64,000 nt of DNA from Myxococcota bacterium. Its GTDB lineage: Bacteria > Myxococcota_A > Polyangia > Polyangiales > Houyiibacteriaceae. Position 1 is the first letter of the stretch. Each line of letters opens with the position of its first letter. The DNA lies in the NCBI GenBank assembly GCA_039030515.1, contig JBCCEA010000006.1, positions 1 to 64,000 of the forward strand, in the 5' to 3' direction. Positions 1 to 8,687 of the stretch are shown here, piece after piece. The position numbers and the translations under genes are program-made. Below the pieces are notes generated by a model. That model saw nothing but the letters and a program-made list of their open reading frames with translations, ran no database searches and had not been told where the DNA came from.

Positions 1-25
1 AATTGCATTAAGAAAGTTTGGTACT

Positions 26-1999
26 GTGAGCGAAATACTGAAAGACAAAATCGAGCGAGCAAAGCAAGAGATCGAATTGCATGTTGGCACATGTGGCGCT
101 CCAAACTGCCGTCGCAAAGGACTCTCTGAAATCTTTCACAAAACTGTAGAGACATATAGTCGGGGGGAGCATGGCGATCGGAATAAGTTTCTTCAGAGGA
201 CCATTCGTGACCTTTTTGATAAGAACATCCGCGTTATCGAAGATCAATTCTGCAATACAATGGACAACATTTATTCATATATAAAGTCTGTTCCGGCAGA
301 TTTCTCAAAATCCATTAATTCTTTATTAAAACATGATATGTACAATAAAGTCTGCTCTGGGGAACTGGCAAACAAGATAAAAAAAACAATTATTTCAGTC
401 ACAAATATTTGCAAAAAGTACGCATCCATTAATAGTCAATACAAAGAGGGACTTGGCGTTACCGCAGATCAAATGGCGAGCCTTGAAAAGGATCTTTCGG
501 ACCTCAGAATAGACTTGATTGAACTGAATCATTCCGTGGTCGAAGTATCAACTCTCTATCACGGAGAGGGGACACGGACGCAACATCGTAAAAATGCCCG
601 AGAACTCAAGCGACTCTTCCGCCAGGCAATTAAGGCTCGCGAGAGCCAGCAAAAGACAATAACATCCCTGACCGAAACTTCTCGTCGGTGCCTCGTGGAG
701 CCCCTGCATGCTGTTCAAAGTTGCCTCGCGCTGGTCGCCGATGTGGCGGTGGCGGCGCAGGACCATACACGGGAGCGAGCACATGAAATTAGGAGTGATT
801 CGCACGACACAAACCGACCCACAGTCTGTGACCCGGCTAGCATGATGCGCAGGATAAGCTCCATTTTGACCCAAATGAGCCCCCTCATCTCGGCTCAAGC
901 TTCTGTTGGAATCGAAGGTGCAACGTTGGGAAATTCGGATGGATGGTACGCTCGAATGCCTAGCGTTCAAGCTCAACTGGGCATTATGCTGCGTAACTGC
1001 TGTCCAACTTTCTTAGGCAGTCCATTCCAACCACCTTATAACAACTCTCATGAAATAGACCGAGGCATAGCTAGACTTGAACTTTCGTGGGCGAATTTAA
1101 CTACATCTTTTCACTTTCGAAGCAAGCGCCCTCACAGTGAAGTAGACAAACACCTCAGAACTATGCTGTTGGAGGAAGGTTCATGGATGCCAAGACTTCA
1201 AGCCGAGATTCATCAGCTTGCGGCAGCCTACGTTACAGGGATGCGTGACATTGACCAGCAGATTAGGGACGTTGAACGAGATCTGGGTCTGTTCAAAAGA
1301 AATTCAAGAGCCTTGAGTGACCGAAGATCACCTCAAACTCCCGCTCGCGCTGAACCGCGGCCCGCCGCGGCGGCGAGTCCAGCTAAAACCTTTCGTCAAG
1401 GAGCATCGCAAACGGGGGCCCTATTACATCCTGAACCCACTCCATCGACGTTGCCGTCCGCCACCGGCTTTACAGGCGCGGGGCCCGTTGACTCGACGTT
1501 TGGACGTACTGCTGGCAGGCACGAAGACCCACCCGAGTTCAAAAAAGCACGACGTCGTTATCAGCGGGCACAGAGTAACGATCATAGGGCTTCGACCCTA
1601 ACGGCAATTAAGACTCAACCTCTCCCTGGGCATCACGAGATCTCAGTCCGTTGGGGCTTCTTTGCCGCTGGTGAGATGACTCTTTTTGATGAATTATGTT
1701 CTAATCATCTTCCTTGTGCAGACATATTAGCTTGGAATACTATAGTCTTGCGTGAGATAGAAAGGCCGAACCGGCCCCTAGCGAATCACTGCTTCACAGG
1801 CCGCTTCCAGAATCGAAACTTGATGCATTTTACTATCCCACGCATCAATATAGCTCTTTTTTATACCCATATCGAGAATGAAGTTGCGATCTATATCGTG
1901 GCAAGACACGTCGGAAGAGGCAACGATCGCTACCGCGGAGAGGGGTCTGTGCCCGAGAGTCCAGGAAGACAATTCAGCACAACAGTTACGCTAAAGTAA
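26..1999 (+). CDS. Hypothetical protein: helical/coiled-coil N-terminus, Pro/Ala/Thr-rich linker, C-terminal RelE/YafQ-like domain; possibly 5'-truncated
   Basis: 657-aa ORF whose frame is open back to position 2. Heptad-like helical segments. The C-terminal NHCFTGRF...MHF...LFY...ARH pattern resembles YafQ. Confidence 0.6.
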   Translation: MSEILKDKIERAKQEIELHVGTCGAPNCRRKGLSEIFHKTVETYSRGEHGDRNKFLQRTIRDLFDKNIRVIEDQFCNTMDNIYSYIKSVPADFSKSINSLLKHDMYNKVCSGELANKIKKTIISVTNICKKYASINSQYKEGLGVTADQMASLEKDLSDLRIDLIELNHSVVEVSTLYHGEGTRTQHRKNARELKRLFRQAIKARESQQKTITSLTETSRRCLVEPLHAVQSCLALVADVAVAAQDHTRERAHEIRSDSHDTNRPTVCDPASMMRRISSILTQMSPLISAQASVGIEGATLGNSDGWYARMPSVQAQLGIMLRNCCPTFLGSPFQPPYNNSHEIDRGIARLELSWANLTTSFHFRSKRPHSEVDKHLRTMLLEEGSWMPRLQAEIHQLAAAYVTGMRDIDQQIRDVERDLGLFKRNSRALSDRRSPQTPARAEPRPAAAASPAKTFRQGASQTGALLHPEPTPSTLPSATGFTGAGPVDSTFGRTAGRHEDPPEFKKARRRYQRAQSNDHRASTLTAIKTQPLPGHHEISVRWGFFAAGEMTLFDELCSNHLPCADILAWNTIVLREIERPNRPLANHCFTGRFQNRNLMHFTIPRINIALFYTHIENEVAIYIVARHVGRGNDRYRGEGSVPESPGRQFSTTVTLK

Positions 2000-2300
2000 G
2001 GTTCCTATCTAACGTGAAGTGCTTTGTGTCGTTTCGTCGTTTACACCGATCGACGGAGCCCCAAACATCCTCGCAGTTTTCTGGGCGCTGGGTTTACTGA
2101 GTGTACCGGGGTTTACTGAGCACGCGGACGTCTTTGGCATTCGGAACGAGCGGACACCAATAACTGCACGATATCAGGCTGAGTTTTGGTATGCTTGGCC
2201 ACATGGCGATTCGTCATCGCAGTCATGGAAGTGGTCAGTTCACCCCTTCAGAACTCGCCCAGTGCGGACAAGACTGCGTCTTTGAGTTCGGCTCCCCCAG

Positions 2301-2612
2301 AACCTGACCGGGTACGATGTTCATGACGTCAGTGCTGGAACTTTGCAGCAAGAATTGACGGGAACCTGACCGGGTACGGTGTTTCGTGACCGGGTACGAA
2401 AGTGCCTCCGGCGAACGAGCTGACGACCCGGCGGCGCCCGCCGCATTGCAGCCCCTCCAAACCTGACCGGGTACGGTGTTTGTGGCGATGGAAACCTGAC
2501 TGGGTACGGTATTTATGACGGCAGTGCTGGAATGTTGCAGCGTTGATTGATGAAAACCTGACCGGGTACGGTCGTGGCAGCCCCTCCAAGCATGACCGGG
2601 TACGGTCGTGGT
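2301..2612. repeat. Cluster of 7 direct repeats with core TGACCGGGTACG (five preceded by AACC), irregularly spaced
   Basis: Copies begin at about 2301, 2363, 2387, 2460, 2493 (one mismatch), 2555 and 2593. 2301-2380 and 2493-2572 also form a longer degenerate duplication. Confidence 0.9.
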
Positions 2613-2829
2613 GTCCTGGTGGGTCTTCTCGCGCAACCACGGTCCACTACATTGGCTATCGCGAAGCCGCTCTTTGGACAAAGGTTGGTACATCAGCCGG
2701 CCAGCGAGATAGAGTCTTCGTGCGAATGCCAAATCCCAAGTCGCACGCAGTGCACATGTCCAGTCGGCATCGATCCTAAACCGGGCAGGTTTGGGAAGAT
2801 AATTACAACAGTATGATGACAAAGAAACC

Positions 2830-5800
2830 GTGACCAAAGAGCCTAAACTCAACGTATTTGGAGGCGTATTCACCCCCTCGATCCTTACGATCCTCGGGGT
2901 GATCATGTATCTACGATTGCCCTGGATCGTCGGCAGCGCAGGCCTTTGGATGACTCTGGGCATCATTGTTGCGGCTCATGTCGTCTCCATTACGACAGGG
3001 CTTAGTATTTCTTCGATCGCTACCGACAAGAGTGTAGGTGCGGGAGGACCCTACTATATCGTTTCACGAAGCCTGGGTTTGCCCATTGGCGGGACCCTGG
3101 GAATCGCTCTGTTCCTGGGCCTTTGTTTTAGTATTAGCCTCTATATTATCGGTTTCTCAGAGAGTTTTCTCTCCTATATCGGAACGCCACCCACCAAGTT
3201 AGCCATTCGAATTTGCGGCACGATCACCCTGCTCTTGATCACCATTGTTACCTTTGTGAGCACCGCGCTTGCGATTCGTACGCAATACTTGATTTTGGCA
3301 CTCATCGTGCTCTCTCTCGCATCCATTCTCAGCGGATCGGAGGCCAGTGTTGCGAGTTCTCCTATTCTGACCCCGCAGCATACAGTTTCCTTTGGAGTCC
3401 TATTCGGGATCTTCTTTCCGGCGGTCACTGGATTCACTGCAGGTGTCAATATGAGCGGTGATCTCCGAGATCCAAAATCCGCTCTTCCGACCGGCACTAT
3501 GGCTGCCATCGCGGTTGGGTTTGCGGTTTACGTCGTTCTCGCCGTTTACCTCGCTTTTCATGTCGAGCGAGAGGTATTGATTTCAGATGCGGAGTCTCTT
3601 CAGTCGATTTCAACTTCGCCCGCATTTGTCATCGCAGGAATATGGGGCGCTACTATTTCTAGCGCTCTAGGAAGCGTGCTTGGCGCACCGAGGATTCTTC
3701 AGGCCATCGCTTCAGATCGCATTGCACCAGGGTTCTTTGCTAAGGGATACGGAGCGTCCAGAGAACCCAGAAACGCCCTGCTCGTGGCCTTTCTCATTGG
3801 TGAGTCTGGGATCCTCATCGCGGAACTCGATGCGATCGCACGGATCGTTTCGATGGTCTTTCTCACTACGTACGGCTTTCTCAACTTGAGTTGCGCCATC
3901 GAAAGCTCCGTCAGTCCAGATTTTCGTCCCCAGTTTCGGATTCCTACTTCGATCAGTGTCATAGGTGCGGTTGCCTGTCTCTTACTCATGGTGCAGCTCG
4001 ATCTCTTGGCCATGTTTGGCGGGAGCACCCTCATGTTGGGGCTCTACGCCTACCTCAAGCGTAGGCAGCTGCAGCTTGAGTCTGGCGATGCATGGGAGGG
4101 TATTTGGTCTTCACTCGTTCGAATGGGACTCTATCGACTGAATCATAGTCGGAGGCAGCAACGAAATTGGCGCCCCAATATATTGATGCTTTCCCTAGAA
4201 GAGAGTGTCTCCCTAAGACAGTTGGCTTTTTCTTTAGCGGCCGGGAATGGGCTGGTTACCGACATCGTCCTCTCCTCGAGCTCGGCGCAGCCTGCTGCCA
4301 AAGAGCATACTCTTTTGGAATCTACTCCAGTCGGCTACTTTCGGCGCCCACTCGACAAAGAGATCGATATCGAACAGATCGGCGTACTCATTGAGCACTA
4401 TGGGTTTGCCGGTCTTGAGCCGAATACGGTGCTTGTGGACCTCGCCATAGGACAAGACCATCCGAAGGCATTTATCGAGATGCTCCGCCGGGTAGCCGGT
4501 GCGGGCAGAAATGTCTTGGTGTTTGCTGGGGAGAGTAACGCGGCGAAAAGTCGACAGCTGCTGGATGTTTGGTGGCGGATTGGCGCAGGGAACGTTCCAT
4601 TTTCGCTCGCTCTCGTCGGCGCGCTGACGGCAAGAAACCGAAGTGCAAGCATACGCTGCCTCTCTTACGTCGGTAGGGGAGTTGGCGAAGACTACGTCCG
4701 CACCGAAACCCATCGACTGCTGGGTGAATCTCGGGTCAATGCCAGTGTTCGGGTGATCCCGGGCGAGATCTCAGACTTAGAGTTTCAGAGTCAGGTTGCA
4801 CGAGAGTCTTCAGAATCCGACTTGGTGGTTCTCGGATGGCCAACCGAAATCGACTCTTGGTCGGAGCCTCTGATTCGAGAGTCGCTTGCCCTTGGAACTC
4901 AATTGGGTTCCTGTTTATTCTTTTGGGCTTCATCGGAATTTAAGCCGGCACTCCATGTCGATTCAAACTCTATTCAGTCTGATTCAGACAAGCAGGTGCA
5001 TGTCGACCTCAAGCCGTTGCGTCTCCCGCATCTCGAAACTCTGGCTCGAGCGACAGAGAGTTTTGATCAATATCTGCAGACGAAGATAAGATTTTGGTTT
5101 GATGGCGGAATTCAGGAGCTCTATCGAATGAACGTGGAGCTTGTTCAGGGGATCCGAGAGGTGTTTGTGAGGCATTTTTCGAATCTCGATAAACGATTGA
5201 TCAATGCCAATCAACAACGTCGTCAGAACGTGATCAATCGAGTGCATTCGGCTTTCCTGATCGATTCTGAGAAGCTTCTTCAACGATTTGCTGAGGTCGA
5301 ACTTCCTGCGCAGCGAGGGAATTTAGAGCGTCAAATAGAATCTTTCTTCGATACGGAAGGGTTCGCACCCAGATCTTCGATCGTCGTGGAACGTTCTCGT
5401 AGTGAGTTTCTAGCGGACGAATCGGATGCTCCAGATCTGCGCCGGGTTAAGCGCCGTCGTCTTTGGCTCTCTTTAGGACGTAAGGTTGTTCGCTACGCGA
5501 TCTCTCAGGATCCCGTACTGCGTTATTATCGATACCGAGCAGACACAGAACTCTTTGAAGTCTCTGTTTCACAATTCGCTGCAGACAGTCACCAGCTTAT
5601 GGTTCAGTTGGGAAAGGTGCTCGATTCTTCTAAGACGAGTCTGGTGCTCCTTGGGAAGGCTTATGCGGACGATGGGCTGCGCAGCGAATTTCTCGAAAAG
5701 GAACAAGAGACCACCCTTGCAAAGCTCGATGCTCTGCTCGAGACGCAGTCTGGGTGCTTGACTCGCTACAAGCGAAGTCTGTTTGCGGGAGCACGAGATC

Positions 5801-7914
5801 TTTCTCAGGCGTTCGGAGAAGATCTAGATCGGATCGACTACGTTTCATATGCAAAAAAGAACCTGCGGGTTCCTTCGAGTGCCAAGGCGACCTGTGATCA
5901 CCTCAATCAGCAGCTGCCGACAAGTTGGTTTCACTGCCAGTCTCTCTTACTGAATCGCGCGATTCTCGGTCTTTCAATTTCCAAGTTTCAGCATCGTTTG
6001 GCGGCGATCGCTCATCGCGCTCGAGAGCAGGCAGCCCTCGGTATGCGTAACGGTCTTATCTCGGACTTTGATAAGCTCCGAACCGCACTTCAGGATTGGC
6101 TGGACCAAGAGGATGGGAGTGTCGCTGACCAGCGAGCGAGGCTAAGGGTCCCTTTAGACCTGGCCGCTCGTTTTGAAGCGAAGCCTATCGTGGATCGACT
6201 TGTGCGAGAAACAGCGACGCTCACAGGCAGCCTGCCGGAGTCCGCTTCGACCCTGAGCGATGAATCGATACGGGCGCTTGAACTAGGTCGTAGTGCCGCT
6301 CCTGAGGTTCGGAACTTGTCTGTCCGAGGTGTAGCTCAGTTTTTGCTAGAGACGGAGTTTGTCAGTGGGCTCCAAAGCGACCTGGAACGCGTCGCACCCA
6401 TCGAGATTCACGCGGTAGCCGTGGCTCGTGATTCGGTGCGCCTGCTTGCGTTTCACGTTTCTGAAGCGGATGAGGTGGATCGCGAACTTTTTCGAGATCA
6501 TCTGCGGCCGGTGGTGGAGAGCTCACTACAGCGAATCTCCGCGGAACACGATCAGCTCATGCCGCTCGGTGCCAGGTTAGAATCGGCATTTCGTGAGCGC
6601 TTAGCGAACGTGATTCAGGGCACCAATGCGTACGAGATCTCCAAGACCTCAGATCACTTAACCCGCCAATTTCGGGTCGCAGAAGGCAAGAAAGCGATTC
6701 ACGGGATGCAGGGGAGGGTGCAGCGGGCGGCAGCCGCACTCCGCCGTGCGATGGTATACCTGTTGTATCGCCGCAGCGCCGGCATGGTTCTCGCCAAAAG
6801 GCTTGAGCAGGAAGCGCAACATCGAGGGCCCTTGGCGGTACGGGTCGCAAGTTTCGTTCGGACCCTCCGTCCCTCTGTGCTCGAGCAGCTACCTTTCTAC
6901 TACCATCAGCTTTTTTTCGGGCAGTCCAGTATCAGTAAGAGCTTTTGGGTTGAGCGACCTGTAGAAATGCGCAGTGCCAAAGAGGCACTCATGAGATACC
7001 GGTCCGGCAGCGACGGGGCATTGGTGGTCATAGGTGAACGTTTCTCTGGTAAAACCGCACTATGTCATCGCATCGTGCAACAATCGCTGTCCGGCGAGCA
7101 GGTGTGTTGGGTGCATCCTCCTACCGGTGGTTCTTGCAACCTGGAGGATTTCTCTGAGGCGTTGCGGGTAGCCTCGCAGTTGAACGGCACTCCCGAAGAG
7201 ATCCTCGATCAATTGCGCGATGGCTCCGTCGTAGTGATCGACGATCTCGAGCTGTGGTGGGAACGAGTGGAAGATGGCTTTTCAGTCGTGGACCTCATCT
7301 TGAAACTCATCGAACGATATGGCCGACGACACCTTATCGTCCTTGGCTGTGGTCTATATGCGTTTCGACTACTCGATCGCCTGAGGCCACTTTCTGAGAG
7401 TTCTCTTTCGATTATAGAATGCGGGCCTATGGAGGCGGAGGCGCTAAAGCGTGTGGTGTTGATCCGACACGGCTCTGCCGGAATGAAGTTTGAGCTTGCA
7501 GGGCGCAGTGAAGAACAGCTTTCGCAGTGGTCGTTGGCAAATCTTTTCTCCAAGCATTTCGACTACAGCGGAGGCGTAGTCGGTGTGGCACTCAGAAGTT
7601 GGATCGCCGGCATTCGAGACGTTCAAGGGGTTGCTTTGAAGATCGAAGTTCCAGACCGGCGCAACTGGGGAGTGCTCGACGAGCTCAGAAGCGAATGGGT
7701 GGCTCTTTTGCTTCAACTGGTATTGCGTAAGCACGCAAGTTTTGCCGCCTTGAGTCGATGTTCTGGCTTGGAAGACGAGTCACTCTCTAGAGAACTACGC
7801 ACCTTGTGCCGAATGGGTCTCCTCGTCGAAGAGCGGGCAGGCGTGTTCGAGCTCGACGCATTTGTGCAGCAGGCCCTAGTTCAACGAATGCATCGTCGAG
7901 GGCTTTTGCCGTGA
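2830..7914 (+). CDS. SLC12/cation-chloride cotransporter-type permease fused to a long helical region, a P-loop AAA ATPase and a C-terminal winged-helix-like segment
   Basis: SLC12-like motifs FGGVFTPSILTILGVIMYLR, GGPYYIVSRSLG, FFPAVTG..AG.NMSGDL and NWRPNIL. Walker A GERFSGKT (~7033) and Walker B VVIDDLE. Confidence 0.85.
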   Translation: MTKEPKLNVFGGVFTPSILTILGVIMYLRLPWIVGSAGLWMTLGIIVAAHVVSITTGLSISSIATDKSVGAGGPYYIVSRSLGLPIGGTLGIALFLGLCFSISLYIIGFSESFLSYIGTPPTKLAIRICGTITLLLITIVTFVSTALAIRTQYLILALIVLSLASILSGSEASVASSPILTPQHTVSFGVLFGIFFPAVTGFTAGVNMSGDLRDPKSALPTGTMAAIAVGFAVYVVLAVYLAFHVEREVLISDAESLQSISTSPAFVIAGIWGATISSALGSVLGAPRILQAIASDRIAPGFFAKGYGASREPRNALLVAFLIGESGILIAELDAIARIVSMVFLTTYGFLNLSCAIESSVSPDFRPQFRIPTSISVIGAVACLLLMVQLDLLAMFGGSTLMLGLYAYLKRRQLQLESGDAWEGIWSSLVRMGLYRLNHSRRQQRNWRPNILMLSLEESVSLRQLAFSLAAGNGLVTDIVLSSSSAQPAAKEHTLLESTPVGYFRRPLDKEIDIEQIGVLIEHYGFAGLEPNTVLVDLAIGQDHPKAFIEMLRRVAGAGRNVLVFAGESNAAKSRQLLDVWWRIGAGNVPFSLALVGALTARNRSASIRCLSYVGRGVGEDYVRTETHRLLGESRVNASVRVIPGEISDLEFQSQVARESSESDLVVLGWPTEIDSWSEPLIRESLALGTQLGSCLFFWASSEFKPALHVDSNSIQSDSDKQVHVDLKPLRLPHLETLARATESFDQYLQTKIRFWFDGGIQELYRMNVELVQGIREVFVRHFSNLDKRLINANQQRRQNVINRVHSAFLIDSEKLLQRFAEVELPAQRGNLERQIESFFDTEGFAPRSSIVVERSRSEFLADESDAPDLRRVKRRRLWLSLGRKVVRYAISQDPVLRYYRYRADTELFEVSVSQFAADSHQLMVQLGKVLDSSKTSLVLLGKAYADDGLRSEFLEKEQETTLAKLDALLETQSGCLTRYKRSLFAGARDLSQAFGEDLDRIDYVSYAKKNLRVPSSAKATCDHLNQQLPTSWFHCQSLLLNRAILGLSISKFQHRLAAIAHRAREQAALGMRNGLISDFDKLRTALQDWLDQEDGSVADQRARLRVPLDLAARFEAKPIVDRLVRETATLTGSLPESASTLSDESIRALELGRSAAPEVRNLSVRGVAQFLLETEFVSGLQSDLERVAPIEIHAVAVARDSVRLLAFHVSEADEVDRELFRDHLRPVVESSLQRISAEHDQLMPLGARLESAFRERLANVIQGTNAYEISKTSDHLTRQFRVAEGKKAIHGMQGRVQRAAAALRRAMVYLLYRRSAGMVLAKRLEQEAQHRGPLAVRVASFVRTLRPSVLEQLPFYYHQLFFGQSSISKSFWVERPVEMRSAKEALMRYRSGSDGALVVIGERFSGKTALCHRIVQQSLSGEQVCWVHPPTGGSCNLEDFSEALRVASQLNGTPEEILDQLRDGSVVVIDDLELWWERVEDGFSVVDLILKLIERYGRRHLIVLGCGLYAFRLLDRLRPLSESSLSIIECGPMEAEALKRVVLIRHGSAGMKFELAGRSEEQLSQWSLANLFSKHFDYSGGVVGVALRSWIAGIRDVQGVALKIEVPDRRNWGVLDELRSEWVALLLQLVLRKHASFAALSRCSGLEDESLSRELRTLCRMGLLVEERAGVFELDAFVQQALVQRMHRRGLLP

Positions 7915-8645
7915 GCGTTATATTCGATCTGCTCTACTTTACTCTGATCGCGCTTGCGGCTTTTGGCACGCTTCGAGCCATGCGATGGCTCCTCAGCGTG
8001 CTTCCCTGGATGCGACCCTGGGTAGGTTCGGTCGAGCGTCTTTGGCCCGGCGTGACTGCGGCCGTTACTTTGGGGCTTATAGCGCACGCGCTGCGCTCGG
8101 CATTTAGCGATTCTCCCGAGCGGTTTCCCGTGATGGGTGTCGCACTCATTGCCGCGCTGCTACTGCTCATTTGGAATCCTGCACGTGACATGGCAACTGG
8201 AGTGCTTTTGAAAGGTTTGGGCGCTTTTCCCTTGGGAACCCTAGTGCGCATGGATGGGCTTGAGGGACGAGTCGCGCATCTGGGTTTGCGCGCCATAACG
8301 CTGACCACCGTCGACGGTGAAGAAGCCGTCGTACCGTTTTCGAAGGTGGCGAGCGCCTCAGTCGTTCGAAGCCTAAGCAAAAGTCACACGTCACCGCATA
8401 TGTTCCGAGTTCACTTGCCCGCAGGCATGACGGTTGCCCACGCCCGCAGGCAGATTCGCAAGGTTGCGCTTCTACAGCATTGGAGCTCCGTAGCTCGGGA
8501 TCCAGAAGTGAAGCTGATCGATCGAGACTGGCTGGAAGTGACCGCGTTCACGCTAGATGCCGACCACGTTCCAAGAATCGAACAAGCCATTCGCAGAGGT
8601 CTGCTTGAAGAAGGTGCGGTGCCGTTCAAGTCGAATAAAGAGTGA
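7911..8645 (+). CDS. MscS-family mechanosensitive channel domain protein
   Basis: GTG at 7911 overlaps the upstream TGA (GTGA). Three hydrophobic segments, then RDMATGVLL..F..G..VRMDGLEGRVAHLGLRAITLTTVDGEEAVVPFS, an MscS beta-domain pattern. Confidence 0.8.
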   Translation: MSVIFDLLYFTLIALAAFGTLRAMRWLLSVLPWMRPWVGSVERLWPGVTAAVTLGLIAHALRSAFSDSPERFPVMGVALIAALLLLIWNPARDMATGVLLKGLGAFPLGTLVRMDGLEGRVAHLGLRAITLTTVDGEEAVVPFSKVASASVVRSLSKSHTSPHMFRVHLPAGMTVAHARRQIRKVALLQHWSSVARDPEVKLIDRDWLEVTAFTLDADHVPRIEQAIRRGLLEEGAVPFKSNKE

Positions 8646-8687
8646 TGATAGTCAGCTTTTTTTAGACTCTGATAGTCAGCTTTTTTT
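8646..8687. repeat. Direct repeat of 18 bp (TGATAGTCAGCTTTTTTT) with 24-bp period between convergent genes
   Basis: Identical copies at 8646-8663 and 8670-8687; the second contains the stop codon of the minus-strand gene. Confidence 0.85.

Noticed and set aside
2301..2612. CRISPR array
   Set aside because: The core is only 12-18 bp, spacing varies from about 20 to 77 bp, spacers are reused, and there are no cas genes in the window.
2235..2966. 243-aa minus-strand ORF and other small ORFs over the repeat cluster
   Set aside because: They translate the DNA repeats (TVPGQV, RTRSG), show no protein motifs, and the longest overlaps the permease start on the opposite strand.
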